64,000 nt of DNA from contig CBDAON010000004.1 in the NCBI GenBank assembly GCA_965198065.1, positions 2,688,001-2,752,000 on the forward strand. Direction: 5' to 3'. Shown one piece after another: positions 42,143-53,532 of this stretch. A model generated the notes under the pieces. It was not told the DNA's origin. It did not search any database and worked only from the letters and a program-made list of their open reading frames with translations. The DNA comes from Longimicrobiales bacterium (lineage in GTDB: Bacteria > Gemmatimonadota > Gemmatimonadetes > Longimicrobiales > Gaopeijiaceae). Position numbers and translations under genes: made by a program. How positions within the stretch are numbered: position 1 is the stretch's first letter; every line of letters begins with the position of its first letter.

Positions 42143-44419
42143 ATGGCATACCGGAGCTGGTGCTTCGCCCTCGTGGTGTTCTTAGCGGTAACCCCTGCGC
42201 GTGTCGCATTGGCCCAGGCGCCCATTACAGCCGACCAGTCGTCCTTGCAAGTCGAGTCACGGGACGCTGAGGGAAGGGTCACGGTGCGGGCGACGAGGCT
42301 TTCGGGTGACCTCGATCTCGACGGCCGCCTCGACGAGTCCGTGTACGAGACCGTGCAGCCCATCACTGACTTCGTCCAGCAGATTCCCGATGAGGGAGCT
42401 CCGGCCAGCGAGCGAACCGAAGCCTGGGTGTTCTTCGACGACGAGAATCTCTACGTCTCCGCACGCAACTACGAGTCGGTGCCGCCGAGCGAGTGGGTTG
42501 CGAACGAAATGCGCCGAGATGTCGGGCAGCTCCGTCAGAACGACTCGTTTACGGTCATGCTCGATACGTTTCTCGATCGGCGAAACGGGGTGGCGTTCCT
42601 CGTGACTCCGATCGGCGGGTTCTCCGACTTCGCGATCACGAACGAAGGGAACGTGAACACCGACTGGAACGTCGTCTGGGGATCCCAGACTGGAGTGTTC
42701 GACGGAGGATGGGTGGTCGAGGTGCAAATCCCGTTCAAGTCGCTCCGATACCGCCCAGGCCCGGTCCAAACGTGGGGAATTCAGCTTCGCCGCATCGTCC
42801 GTCGCCGAACCGAGGCATCATATCTTACGCGGGTACCGATCTCTGCCGCCCGTGGAAACAGTGTGATCGCGGGGCTCTGGCGCATCTCCGAGGCCGGGAC
42901 GCTGACGGATCTCGAAGTTCCGGGGCCGAGCCTCAACGTCGAAGTCAAGCCATACGGAATCGGAGGGATCCGGACGGACCTGCAGGCCACACCCGTGACT
43001 CGGAACGAGCCCGACGGGGACTTCGGCTTGGACGTGAAATACGGGATCACGAGCAACCTGACGGCCGACCTCACCTTCAACACGGACTTCGCCCAGGTCG
43101 AGGTCGACGAACAGCAGGTCAATCTGACCCGCTTCAGCCTCTTCTTTCCCGAGAAGCGCGAGTTCTTCCTCGAAGGCCGAGGCAACTTCGACTTTGCCAG
43201 AGGCGCGGCAGGGGATGGCGGAGTCGGTGCCCCCACCATGTTCTTCACCCGACGCATCGGTCTCCAGCAGGGCGAGGTCGTGCCGATCCTGGCCGGGGGC
43301 CGGGTCACCGGCAAGGTGGGCGCGTTCGACGTGGGGGCGCTCAACATTCAGACCGAAGCAGACGACCCCGCTGACATCGAGTCGACCAACTTCACGGTCC
43401 TCCGCGTGAAGCGCGACGTCCTGAGCAGGAGCACTGTCGGGGCGCTGTTCACGAATCGTTCGGTATCGCTCGTCTCCACCGGAACCAACCAGCTCTACGG
43501 TATCGACGGGTCCTTCGCCTTTCGCGACGACTTCAACCTCCTGGGCTATTTCGCGAAGACCGAGACAACGGACCTCGACGGGCGTGACCTGAGCTACATG
43601 GGCCGCTTCGCGTACACGGGTGACCGGTACGGGATCACGACTGGCTACCTCGTCGTCGAAGACAACTTCAACCCGGGGGTCGGATTCCTCCGCCGGGACA
43701 ACTTCCGTCAGGTCACAGGATCGGCACGCTTCAGCCCCCGGCCGGAATCGATCGACTGGATCCGCCGGTTCAATCTGAACGCGAGCACCGACTGGCTCTG
43801 GAACGCCGACCGGGGAGGCCTGGAGACACGGCAGCACCAGCTTCAGTTCGTGACTGAGCTGGAGAGTAGCGACCGGATCAGCTTCTCGGTCAGCGACGAG
43901 TTCGAGGCGCTGGCCGAGACCTTTACGATCGCGCCGGAGGTCGTCCTGGAACCGGGGGAGTACGACTTCACCAGCTTCTTGGCGTCCTACGCCTTCGGGG
44001 CTCAGAGACCGGTAAGCGGATCGATCTCCCTGCAGACCGGGGACTTTTGGAGTGGTAGAAACACCTCGCTTGGGGTCAGCCGCGGGCGGGTCGAGGTAAC
44101 CCCCCAGTTCTCGCTGGAGCCGAGCTATTCGATCAATTGGGTGGACCTGCCCGAGGGTGACTTCCGGACTCAGGTCGGCAGGCTTCGTTTCACCTATACG
44201 TTCACCCCCCGGATGTTTCTGAGCGGTCTCGTTCAGTACAACTCCGGCAGGGACTCATTCAGCACCAACTTCAGGTTCCGGTGGGAGTGGAGCCCTGGAA
44301 GTGAGCTGTTCATCGTCTATACAGAGGATCGGAACACCGATCCTCTGAGCTCCGCCCGTACGACGGAGCTCCGGAACCGGGGGCTGGTGTTCAAGGTCAA
44401 CCGGCTGCTTCAGTTCTGA
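42143..44419 (+). CDS. CBM9-like / DUF5916 outer-membrane protein
   Basis: LDGRLDE, NTDFAQVEVD, FPEKREFFLEG, terminal F. Confidence 0.88.
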   Translation: MAYRSWCFALVVFLAVTPARVALAQAPITADQSSLQVESRDAEGRVTVRATRLSGDLDLDGRLDESVYETVQPITDFVQQIPDEGAPASERTEAWVFFDDENLYVSARNYESVPPSEWVANEMRRDVGQLRQNDSFTVMLDTFLDRRNGVAFLVTPIGGFSDFAITNEGNVNTDWNVVWGSQTGVFDGGWVVEVQIPFKSLRYRPGPVQTWGIQLRRIVRRRTEASYLTRVPISAARGNSVIAGLWRISEAGTLTDLEVPGPSLNVEVKPYGIGGIRTDLQATPVTRNEPDGDFGLDVKYGITSNLTADLTFNTDFAQVEVDEQQVNLTRFSLFFPEKREFFLEGRGNFDFARGAAGDGGVGAPTMFFTRRIGLQQGEVVPILAGGRVTGKVGAFDVGALNIQTEADDPADIESTNFTVLRVKRDVLSRSTVGALFTNRSVSLVSTGTNQLYGIDGSFAFRDDFNLLGYFAKTETTDLDGRDLSYMGRFAYTGDRYGITTGYLVVEDNFNPGVGFLRRDNFRQVTGSARFSPRPESIDWIRRFNLNASTDWLWNADRGGLETRQHQLQFVTELESSDRISFSVSDEFEALAETFTIAPEVVLEPGEYDFTSFLASYAFGAQRPVSGSISLQTGDFWSGRNTSLGVSRGRVEVTPQFSLEPSYSINWVDLPEGDFRTQVGRLRFTYTFTPRMFLSGLVQYNSGRDSFSTNFRFRWEWSPGSELFIVYTEDRNTDPLSSARTTELRNRGLVFKVNRLLQF

Positions 44420-44509
44420 ACGTTGGCAGGCCTAGCCGGGGTGAGGAAGTCTGCCTCTTCCCTGGGCTGGCCGCATCGCGGGTGGAGGGACGAGCGGGCC
44501 GGGCCCGAC

Positions 44510-45151
44510 CTAGGGCCAGAGCATCCGCCACTCGGTCGAATATTCCGCGAGTCCCCACGTGATCTTGAGTCTGCCAGAGGGCACCGTGTAGTCCCCATCT
44601 AGAAGATCCGGCTCGAGAGTGATCGTCAAGCTCTCGACGCTCTCCGCGAGGTCGCGGCGAGTCATGCGCGTTCTCCCGAAGTCGCGAGAAGGGTCATAGT
44701 CGGTGCCCCACTGGCGTGTCTCCTCGCTCACGATGAGCTCGCCGCCGTCCTCCGTAGGAAGAAGAAAGAGCGTGTACTCACCTCGCGGCAGGTCCAACTC
44801 CCCGATGCGCATCTCGACGTCAAGCATCAGCGTTGTCGACCAATTCGCGCCCAGGCGCCAAGCCTGGCCGTAAGGAACCAGCCCGCCGAAGATCGTCCGG
44901 CCCCGCGCGTGAGGCTGGCCGTAGTCGATGATCATCCGTGACGGACCGGAGTGGGACGGCGTGCCGGTGAACCACCCCCAGTCCGGCCCCCTGCCTCGGA
45001 GCAGGCGACCGTCAAACGCTACGCTTGTGGTCACACGGCCGCTGGGCGCGACATTGGGTCGAGGCGCGGCTTGCTGTGCCTGAACGGACCCGGCGACAAC
45101 CAGCGGGATCAGGCTGGACCGTAGCAGGGTGCGGATGCGGGGGAAGTGCAT
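44510..45151 (-). CDS. DUF2911 domain protein
   Basis: YGQPHARGRTIFGGLVPYGQAWRLGAN. Confidence 0.9.
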   Translation of the reverse strand: MHFPRIRTLLRSSLIPLVVAGSVQAQQAAPRPNVAPSGRVTTSVAFDGRLLRGRGPDWGWFTGTPSHSGPSRMIIDYGQPHARGRTIFGGLVPYGQAWRLGANWSTTLMLDVEMRIGELDLPRGEYTLFLLPTEDGGELIVSEETRQWGTDYDPSRDFGRTRMTRRDLAESVESLTITLEPDLLDGDYTVPSGRLKITWGLAEYSTEWRMLWP

Positions 45152-45280
45152 GTTCGTCTGTCCGGAGGTTGGGTCGTTCCGCACGTTGGGTAGCTCACCC
45201 TCAGAGTTGGAACAACTTGTTGATATTGATGACGAGACCTTGACTCCGTCGCTCTGTCGTCCGGTTCGGAGCCTGCCCAC

Positions 45281-46379
45281 TCAACATGGTGCGACTCCTG
45301 AGTCGACGAGCCGGCCGCACCAGGTCGGACCGTTCTTCGCATCGACGACGAGAAGTCGAGCCTCGCCTCCCTGCATGAACTCGACACGCATGTACCCATG
45401 GTCGCTCTGGGCAAAGTAGGTGTCACTCCGAGATCTTACTGGACTCACCGTCGTGGCGCTCCCGCTGACGATGGCGAATTGGGCTCCCGAATCCGTGCCA
45501 TCGAGTACCTGGAGACTGTGATCGTGTCCAGCGGCGTGGAGAAATACGCTTCCCGAAGCTCGCTCGTACGTTTGCCTCAGCATCTCTCGTAAGCGCTGGT
45601 TGGCCTCCCCGGGAATGTCCTGCTCGTCAGGCGGCATGATCCATCGGCGCGTAAGCCACCAAAGCTGCGCCAGCCCCGGAGCTGGCACGAACAGGTATTC
45701 GTTGAACTCACGCAGGGGAAACACATGCCAGTTGAGGTGGAACTCTTTACTGTGACGTCCATGCGTTCTCAACGGATGGTGAGCTAACACGACCACGCGC
45801 TGCACGCAGTGGTTCCTTCAATCTGAGCTCTGTCCCGGCCCTCGCATCCTCGAATATCCGGGAGTGCGACTCGTCATCATCGACAGCCGCTCCGGGGAAG
45901 GAATTCGACATTAGTTTGTCCCGATACGTGTTCCGCCTGTGTTTCTACCGCTAGCAGACCTCCCTCACGTCCTTCGTTCCAGTCATGGTTCCCTGGACTG
46001 GACGCCCAGGTTGCCGTCGTCAAAGGGCACGACCGCTCAGGCGCTGTTTCTTCTAGCGCGCCGTCCCTACTCTCGCTCCTTCACCCCGTCCGGGTAGACG
46101 TTGTCGCCGAGCGGTCAAGTGATCGTCGCGTACCTTGAGTCGCGAACGAGAATGATACGGATCAATCTGGTCCCGCACCGCCTCGGCCACGTCCCTTCTC
46201 AAGACGTCGAGGGTCTCGGTGACAGACGTGGCCAGCCCAGCATCACCAACGAGGTAAAGCGTGGTCAGTATCTGATTGGGAGAAGGTGGGACGGGAATGG
46301 CTTGACGGCCCCCGCACGCAGCCGTCCCGGCCAGTGTCACCAGGACAAAGGCTGTCAAATGCCTCATGCGAAGCTCCAC
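45281..46379 (-). pseudogene. Calcineurin-like metallophosphoesterase lipoprotein, multiple frameshifts
   Basis: LVGDAG, GNHDW, AHHP and AGHDHSLQ motifs spread over several frames. Confidence 0.8.
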
Positions 46380-46423
46380 ATGTGGGACCTGAGTACCTGG
46401 TTCATCGCTCCGCTTACTCGCGT

Positions 46424-47544
46424 TTACTCCACGTGATAGAAGGCCTGCTCCCGGGGACCTGGTTGTTCCACTGCCACGCGTGGCTCAGCATCTCTTAGCC
46501 GGCATGCGGTTGTCCGGCACCATGTCCGCGGTCACCCATCTGCATCGTGTTGATGTTCGTGACATCCGTTCGCATTTGATTCGCGATCACTGTATTGCCG
46601 TGCCAGTGCGCGGCGTGCACTTCGAATCCGGTCGTGGCCATGAGGTACCAGCGTACCCGCTCACCGCGCCTCATTCGGATCCCGGGAAGGTGCCCGAAAG
46701 AGAGACCGTTCACGGTGGTACGAAGGTTCGCCACAAAGTAGAGATCGCTAAAGTCGCCTATGCGCGGCCGGATGCTCGGGTCTCCGGCGTAGGTCTCGAT
46801 GTTCTCGTCCAGGAACCAACTGAAATTTTCGTCGAATTCCGCGAACGCGATGACGAACTCGCGATCCACGTCCAGCGGCGAGCCATCCTCGGCGGTCATC
46901 CCGCGGGCGGTCACAAGGATCGGGCCGATCAGACCAGCGTTCAGATCGGCCTCTTCGCGGGCGTGCGAGTGATACATCCACTGGACGGAGCTCCGCTCCC
47001 CGGGTGCGGGCCCCGCACGCTCTGGTACCGGCCAAACGTAGACGTGGGTTCCGCCCGGAGGCACACCGTCGTCGTTCTTGTCCACGCCGCTGGTTCCATC
47101 GGCGTACGGTGATCCTTCGGAGTCCTTGTCGTAGAAGACGCCGTGCGGATGCATCGTGTACGGATAGCTGCCGTTGTTTCGGAAGACGACCCGGATCGTG
47201 TCGCCGACCTCCGCGCGAAGCAACGGACCCAGGATACCCAGATGCTCCCACTCGGGGGGGCGCGGCCGTAGGGTCGTGAAGGTGCTGTCCGTGTACTCGC
47301 GATAGATCACCTTCCTGTACCTGCGTCCTATCCGGTCCGCGGCCTGGACCATCACGACCGGATCGAAGCCCTCCCAGTCACGCCCCGTGACCAGGTTAGA
47401 ATCCGTCGGCGCGTAATCCCACACGACCTCGTCCGCCGCGACGTAGTAAGTGCGAGTCACGCCATCGCCCGTGGTCGCGGAGCACCCCGAAGTCATCAGG
47501 GCAGGAGGAAGAAGCACCACCAGGAATGCAACGGCCCGTTTCAT
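46424..47544 (-). pseudogene. Two-domain multicopper oxidase (ceruloplasmin-like) with inverted C-terminal motif
   Basis: MHPHGV, WMYHSH and HAAHWHG on minus strand; PGTWLFHCH..HLLAGM on plus strand at 46451-46507. Confidence 0.9.
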
Positions 47545-47755
47545 TGGCGCTCCCCTAACGTGGGTAGAGAGAAGGTGGAACGGACGGGGCAAAGTGCCAC
47601 GAGCCACGGACCTGGTGCAAGAGAACCACCGGAGGAGCCGGCGCGCGGGTCCTCCCGACTCCCGCCGCATGAGAGAATGTGACGACCGAGACCCCGGGTC
47701 CCTCACTTCTCTCCGGTCAGGAACTTCTCCAGAGCATCTGCCGGCCCCATCGCCA

Positions 47756-48637
47756 TCAGCGTGTCGTGTGCCAACATCGGGGTGGACACGTACCGGTGTC
47801 CAACCGCTGGGGGATCGTTTTCAACCCGTGAACCGGACGACCACAATCCTTGCAATAGCGAGCGCCGTTCTCGTGGCCCGGAGAGAGGCATTCTGGACAG
47901 ACCCGCGTGGACGGCTCGCGGACGGCTTGAACCAGCTCCGCGCTCACGATACCTGTCGGCACGACGATGATCGAGTAACCCATGACCATAGCAACTGCGG
48001 CCAGTGCCTTCCCCAGCGGTGTTACCGGCGCGAGATCGCCATACCCCACGGTCGTAACCGTCACGATCGCCCAGTACACGCTCTCGGGAATGCTCGTGAA
48101 GCCGGAGGCCTCGCCTTCGATCAAGTACATGGCCGAACCCAAGATCACGACGAGGATGAACACGGTCCCGAGGAAGACGGCGACCTTGTGGCCGCTCGAG
48201 CGGAGCGCGGCCGTGAGGACATTCGCCTGGCCCAGGAAACGGGCAAGCTTGAACACCCTGAAGATGCGCAGCAGGCGCAGGGCCCGAATGGTGAGGAGGG
48301 ACTGAGACCCTGGCACGACGAGGCTGAGATACGTGGGCACGATGGCCAGCACGTCGACGACGCCGAAGAAGCTCCGCGCGTAGGCGCCGGCGTGCCGGAC
48401 GACGACAAGCCGCACCACGTACTCGAGGGTGAAAAGGACTGTCACGACCCATTCGGCCGCCACCAAGGCTGGACCGTGAGTCGCCCGGACCGAGGGTATG
48501 CTTTCGAGCATGACCAGCACGACGGCGGTCACGATCACCGCCAGCAGAGCCACGTCGAAGACTTTGCCCGCCGGCGTTTCGGCCTCGAAGATCACGGCGT
48601 GCAGCCGCTCGCGCCGGCTGGGCTGCCGGTCACTCAA
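47756..48637 (-). CDS. Voltage-gated potassium channel (ion transporter)
   Basis: S4 IRALRLLRIFRVFK and TTVGYGD selectivity filter. Confidence 0.95.
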   Translation of the reverse strand: MSDRQPSRRERLHAVIFEAETPAGKVFDVALLAVIVTAVVLVMLESIPSVRATHGPALVAAEWVVTVLFTLEYVVRLVVVRHAGAYARSFFGVVDVLAIVPTYLSLVVPGSQSLLTIRALRLLRIFRVFKLARFLGQANVLTAALRSSGHKVAVFLGTVFILVVILGSAMYLIEGEASGFTSIPESVYWAIVTVTTVGYGDLAPVTPLGKALAAVAMVMGYSIIVVPTGIVSAELVQAVREPSTRVCPECLSPGHENGARYCKDCGRPVHGLKTIPQRLDTGTCPPRCWHTTR

Positions 48638-49278
48638 GGTCGCTCGCTCCCGAGCCGATCGTTTCCGCTTGGCGGTGGGTCACACGGTATCGGAAGGCAC
48701 GTCTGGGGGATGGGACACTCAACGCGCTTGAGGCGCGATCGGCAACGTAGGGTGCGGTGCTCGGACGAGCAACGAGGGCCCTGCCGAAGGCCTGGCCCCT
48801 TCCACCTCAGGCGTCGAAGTCACCGGGAGTGGACTGGTCGAAGACGAAGTCGGCGATCGGCTCCGGGACGGTGAGATCGACGCCATGCGGGCCAAGTTGT
48901 CCCGTAGATGGGTGAAGCTGTCCTGCTAGAGCCAGAACGAGTCTGCCGGAAACCTCCGTGGAGACCTCTTCGTTCTCGAGGCGAGGCGGCTGGCGCCGAG
49001 ACCAGCGAGCGCGGGAAGCGCCCTAACCGACCGCCGCCGCCCCTGGACTCGACTCCACTGAGGGGCCCTTCCAGCAACCGACATCCGTATCGTCCCCGCG
49101 CTCCCGAACCACTCGACTGGCTGCAGATCGAGACTCTCGACATCTTGAGAAAGCCCGCGAGCTTCTTCCCACTCGGTCCGAGAGATCGCCCCTGCTCCAC
49201 CAACGGCAAGTCTTCCAGTTCTTCGAGAGCGACCGACCGAGAGCTACGGCGCTGCCCCTCCTCCTGCTGGGACTCTGC

Positions 49279-49731
49279 ATGGTCGGCTGCACGGAAGAAG
49301 GGCCGGAGCCCGAAGCGCCGGATGGCGAAGGCGTTCTCCCCTCCGACTCCACTTCCCGGCGAGCCCCGCCCTTCGAGGACATGGCGGGCCAGTTGAACGG
49401 TGCCATCGTCCGAGGAGAAGTCACCGCAACGAACGCGGACGGTGCGGTCGTTGTCGTCATCGAGGCTTCGGACCTCCCGGATCCGCGTGAGTACCCCGCG
49501 TACCTCTATCGAGGGACGTGCACAGAGTCGCAAGGCGAATCCGTGGCATTGAGCTGGGTAGCGACGCTCCCGGACTTGACGGGCTCGAGCACGACGGTAG
49601 TCGACGCAGCCATGCTGGTGGGCGACGCTCCTATCGCTGTACGGATCTTTGCGTCCGATGGTATGTCTATGGCCTGCGGCGAGCTGTCGCCACGAGGGAT
49701 CTTGACAGGCGGCGCTCCGTCCCTACCGTAA
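49279..49731 (+). CDS. Hypothetical lipoprotein (true start uncertain)
   Basis: In-frame upstream LPLLLLGLCMVGC signal/lipobox; GTC and ACGEL cysteines. Confidence 0.5.
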   Translation: MVGCTEEGPEPEAPDGEGVLPSDSTSRRAPPFEDMAGQLNGAIVRGEVTATNADGAVVVVIEASDLPDPREYPAYLYRGTCTESQGESVALSWVATLPDLTGSSTTVVDAAMLVGDAPIAVRIFASDGMSMACGELSPRGILTGGAPSLP

Positions 49732-49875
49732 GGGAGCTCGCCCAGCACCCCCCTCTTCGACGCGCGACTCTCCCGCCTCGGTGACGAGCCGAAATTCGAT
49801 TCCCACGTAGCTCCCGAGCTGCCGCGGGCTCGCCTTCACGACTCTACGCCCACCTCATGTCCTGCCTTGGATTGC

Positions 49876-50343
49876 CTAATGGAGGAGGGCGGATGGATCA
49901 CCTGTCGGGAGTGGCAGGACGGAGCCGGGGGGTTCTCCCTCAGGTTCAGCGAGCGACGGAGGGACGTCCGGTAGGCGACCCGTATGCGACCCCGGTTCCC
50001 GGGCGGGCGGGCCCAGCAGGGTGAGCTCGGCCTCGATCTCCGGGTGGTCTCCGGGCACGGCCACGCGGAACGCGATGAAGGGGAAGAGAGGGTTGGGAAG
50101 GACGTATCGCCACCCGAGGAATCGCGACACCTGGCCGGTCTTCGCGCGGAAATGCAGCCAGGTGTACACGAACTTGTACACGCAGAGCCCGGGCACGGCG
50201 CTCGTCCGAAACCCGTCCGTTCGAAGATGCTTCTTCGAGATGTACCAGTTTCCCTCGAACGGCGTGATGCCCCAGCCCACCGGGCCTTCCGCGATCACCT
50301 CGCCGGAAGGGAGGTGCGTGATACGCACGAACTTCTTCGGCAC
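49876..50343 (-). CDS. Hypothetical protein
   Basis: GGAGG RBS; FEGNWYI and GLCVYK motifs reminiscent of DUF427-like proteins. Confidence 0.6.
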   Translation of the reverse strand: MPKKFVRITHLPSGEVIAEGPVGWGITPFEGNWYISKKHLRTDGFRTSAVPGLCVYKFVYTWLHFRAKTGQVSRFLGWRYVLPNPLFPFIAFRVAVPGDHPEIEAELTLLGPPAREPGSHTGRLPDVPPSLAEPEGEPPGSVLPLPTGDPSALLH

Positions 50344-50487
50344 GGTCCCTCCTGTGCGCCGTTCGCCCGACTGAACGTGGGGTTGCCGGCGGGCTCTATG
50401 CGCGCGGGGTTATTCCTCCTCGATGCAGGGAGCCAATCCGTGGAGAGAATGACGGGTTCCCACGGGGCCGCACCGGGGCGAATCCCG

Positions 50488-51009
50488 CTACGTCGCGTTC
50501 TCCCCGTAGATCTGCTGCGTGAGTGCCGGGATCAGGCCCATCGTGCGAGCGTACAGGGCCAGCTGACCCCGGTGGTAGTCCTCATGGGACGCGGCGTAGA
50601 AGACGTTAAGTGATCCGGCTCCAGGAGCCTCCGTCGAAACGCCGGATCGCGGTCGCCATGTGCCCCTCACCGGCGGCTCGGATCCGGGCCACCGTCTGGT
50701 TGTGGAGGCGATCGAGCGCCTCGTGTAGCTCCCCTGGGGTCATCGACTCGGGGAGGTCACCAGCGTGTGCTCGCATGTGCTCCTGAGGCTGACGACGCTG
50801 GAAGTCCCCGTCCCGGTCCGCGGCTTCCCCCGCGAGCATGGCCGCGGACTCGAGCATGTGCTTCACGAGCTCGGAGACAGTTCGGCTCTTCGGGTGGGGA
50901 CGGTAGTCCCAGCGGTCGTCGGGGATGTTGTTCACCTCGGCGATCGTGCCCTGGCGGGCAAGCTCAGGGCTTCGATGGCGTCCTCGAGAATGGAGGGGCG
51001 GTCATTCAT
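50488..51009 (-). pseudogene. DinB family protein, frameshifted
   Basis: WDYRP..RTVSELVKH and HEDYHRGQLALYAR in different frames. Confidence 0.85.
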
Positions 51010-51081
51010 CGTGGGACCTCCGTGTTGGGTGGCTTGGTCGGGCAAGGTCCCTTGTCCCGAGGCCACGAGGCCCGCGAAACT

Positions 51082-51843
51082 GTGAGTATCGTGGCCCTCT
51101 CCCTCGAAGCCCGGAACGTCGAGCACCGCTACCGCAGCGCGTTGGCGCTCGACGGCGTGTCGATCGATGTGCCCGAGGGCGGGATGATCGCCCTCGTGGG
51201 TGAGAGCGGCTCGGGTAAGACTACGCTCCTGCGGTCCTTCAACCGGCTCGTCCAACCCGACGCGGGTACGGTACGCGTCGGTGGCCAGGATGTGCGCGAT
51301 ATGAGTCCGATTGCCCTGCGTCGGCGCATCGGCTACGTGCCCCAACACGGCGGCCTCCTACCCCACTGGGGAGTTCTCCGGAACGTCGCTTTGGTGCCCC
51401 GGCTCGCGGGGAGCGCAGATCCGGAGGCGGCCGCCGAGGACGCGCTCACACGCGTGGCGTTGGACCCGGCCGGGTTCGGTCGCCGGCTACCGCGGGAGCT
51501 TTCGGGAGGACAGCGGCAGCGTGCCGCGATCGCCCGGGCGCTTGCGGCGCGCCAGGAGGTCGTGCTCCTGGACGAGCCGTTCGGCGCGCTCGACACGATC
51601 TCTCGGGGGGAGCTTCAGGAGGCGTTCGCCCGCCTGCGTCAGGAGATCGGGTTCACGGCCCTCCTCGTGACGCACGACCTCGCGGAGGCCGCGCGCCTCG
51701 CCGAGACGATCGTGGTCATGCGGGCGGGTCAGATCGAGCAGACGGGCACGATCAGAGAGATCCGGCACGCACCGGCCACGCCATACGTGCGCACGCTCTT
51801 CGAACGCGCCGACGCTGCCGCCACCGCCCTGACGTCCGCATGA
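51082..51843 (+). CDS. Osmoprotectant-type ABC transporter ATPase
   Basis: GESGSGKTT, LSGGQRQR, LLDEPFGALD. Confidence 0.93.
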   Translation: MSIVALSLEARNVEHRYRSALALDGVSIDVPEGGMIALVGESGSGKTTLLRSFNRLVQPDAGTVRVGGQDVRDMSPIALRRRIGYVPQHGGLLPHWGVLRNVALVPRLAGSADPEAAAEDALTRVALDPAGFGRRLPRELSGGQRQRAAIARALAARQEVVLLDEPFGALDTISRGELQEAFARLRQEIGFTALLVTHDLAEAARLAETIVVMRAGQIEQTGTIREIRHAPATPYVRTLFERADAAATALTSA

Positions 51844-53468
51844 GAGGGCGGGGAGTCGCGCTGACCGTGCTCGCGTTGTTCCTCGCGGTCGCACCGGCCT
51901 CGTCCGCTCAGGGAGTCCAGGACCCGGTGGTGGTGGCGTCCAAGCCATTCGGCGAATCGTACTTTCTGGCCGAGTTGTTCGCGCAGCTCCTGGAGTCGCG
52001 GGGAATCTCCGTGGAGCGGCTTCCGGGGTTGGGTGCCACGGAAATCGCCTTCGAGGCCCTCCGCACGAACGCGATCGACGTCTATCCCGAATACACCGGC
52101 ACCGGCCTGCTGGCGATCCTACAGGATTCGCTCACGGCGGAGATGAGGGGCGACCCGCGCGCAACGTTCGCGCATGTGATGCGCGAATCCGCGGAGCGGT
52201 TTGGCGTCCGCTGGCTCCCTCCGCTGGGCTTCCAGAACGGCTACGCGATCGCCGTTCGGACGGAGACCGCCACCAGGCTCGGCCTCGGCACGCTGTCCGA
52301 CCTCGTGCGGAGCGCCAGCACCCTGGTGGGGGGCCTGACGTCGGACTTCCTCGGGCGTCCGGACGGCCTGCCGGGCCTCGCCCGCGAGTATGGTCTCCAG
52401 CTTCGGGAGGTGCGGCCCCTGGCGCCGGCGGTGAAATACATCGCGCTCGCCGAAGGGGCGGTGGATGTGATCGACGGGTACTCGACCGATGGCCTGCTCG
52501 CGAGATACGACCTGGTCACGCTGGAGGACGACCTCCACTTCTTCCCCCCGTACGAGGCCGGGGCCGTCGTATCGCCCCGCGTGAACGCGGACCGCCCCGA
52601 CGTAGTGTCCGTGCTCTCGCTCCTGAGCGGCCGGCTCGACGAGGGGCGGATGCGGGAGTACAACCGCCGGATCGAGGTCGATCGCGAGCCGATCCCGGCG
52701 GTCGCCGCAGCGGCGCTCCGTGACCTCGGCCTTGCACCGGCGGGGCCGGCGACCGGAGGCGCTCCCGAGTCGGCTCAGGCAAGCTCCGGACCCGATCGGC
52801 CCGAGCGTGCTGCCCCGGGGGGGCTCCTTCCGTATTTCTGGTCGCGCCGCACCGAGACGCTGCGTCTCACATCGCGCCACCTGGAGCTCGTAGCCGCCGC
52901 GCTTCTGGCTGCGGCGCTCGTCGCCGTTCCGCTCGGCGTCGGCCTCGAGCGAGCGCGCCGGAGCGCGGAGTGGGTCGTACGCGGGCTGGGCGTGCTCCAG
53001 ACCATTCCGAGCATCGCGCTCCTCGCCTTCATGATTCCCCTGCTGGGCGTCGGCGTGAGGCCCGCGCTGGTCGCATTGTGGTTGTACGCGCTCTACCCGA
53101 TCGCGCGGAACACGTACACCGGCGTGCGGGATGCGGACCCGGACGCAGTTGAGGCGTGTGAGGCGATGGGCGCCACGGCGTGGCAGCGGCTTGCGTGGGT
53201 AAGGCTCCCGCTCGCGGCACCGGTCATTCTCGCTGGAGTGCGTACCGCCGCCGTCATCACGGTCGGGGCCGCGACGTTGGCAGCGTTCATCGGTGCCGGT
53301 GGGCTCGGCGAACCCATCTTGACCGGGCTTGCCCTCGCCGACTCGCGGCTGGTGTTGTCGGGCGCCATCCCGGCCGCCTTGCTCGCGATCTGCGTCGACG
53401 GCCTGTTGGCGCTCGTGGAGCGTACGGTGACGCCGGCGCATCTACGGGGCGCCGCGGCGCCTGACTGA
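51840..53468 (+). CDS. Fused quaternary-amine (OpuAC-like) substrate-binding protein and permease
   Basis: YPEYTGT, YSTDG, FFPPY, then QTIPSIAL and IGAGGLG. Confidence 0.92.
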   Translation: MRGRGVALTVLALFLAVAPASSAQGVQDPVVVASKPFGESYFLAELFAQLLESRGISVERLPGLGATEIAFEALRTNAIDVYPEYTGTGLLAILQDSLTAEMRGDPRATFAHVMRESAERFGVRWLPPLGFQNGYAIAVRTETATRLGLGTLSDLVRSASTLVGGLTSDFLGRPDGLPGLAREYGLQLREVRPLAPAVKYIALAEGAVDVIDGYSTDGLLARYDLVTLEDDLHFFPPYEAGAVVSPRVNADRPDVVSVLSLLSGRLDEGRMREYNRRIEVDREPIPAVAAAALRDLGLAPAGPATGGAPESAQASSGPDRPERAAPGGLLPYFWSRRTETLRLTSRHLELVAAALLAAALVAVPLGVGLERARRSAEWVVRGLGVLQTIPSIALLAFMIPLLGVGVRPALVALWLYALYPIARNTYTGVRDADPDAVEACEAMGATAWQRLAWVRLPLAAPVILAGVRTAAVITVGAATLAAFIGAGGLGEPILTGLALADSRLVLSGAIPAALLAICVDGLLALVERTVTPAHLRGAAAPD

Positions 53469-53532
53469 TGCGGGCGACCCGGGGGACGTGCGCCTCGGAG
53501 TGTGAGGTTTCCTCCCGACACCGGATTCCCGC

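Noticed and set aside
46451..46507. Recombinase-driven phase-variation switch
   Set aside because: No flanking inverted repeats of meaningful length, no invertase nearby, and extra frameshifts already inactivate the gene.
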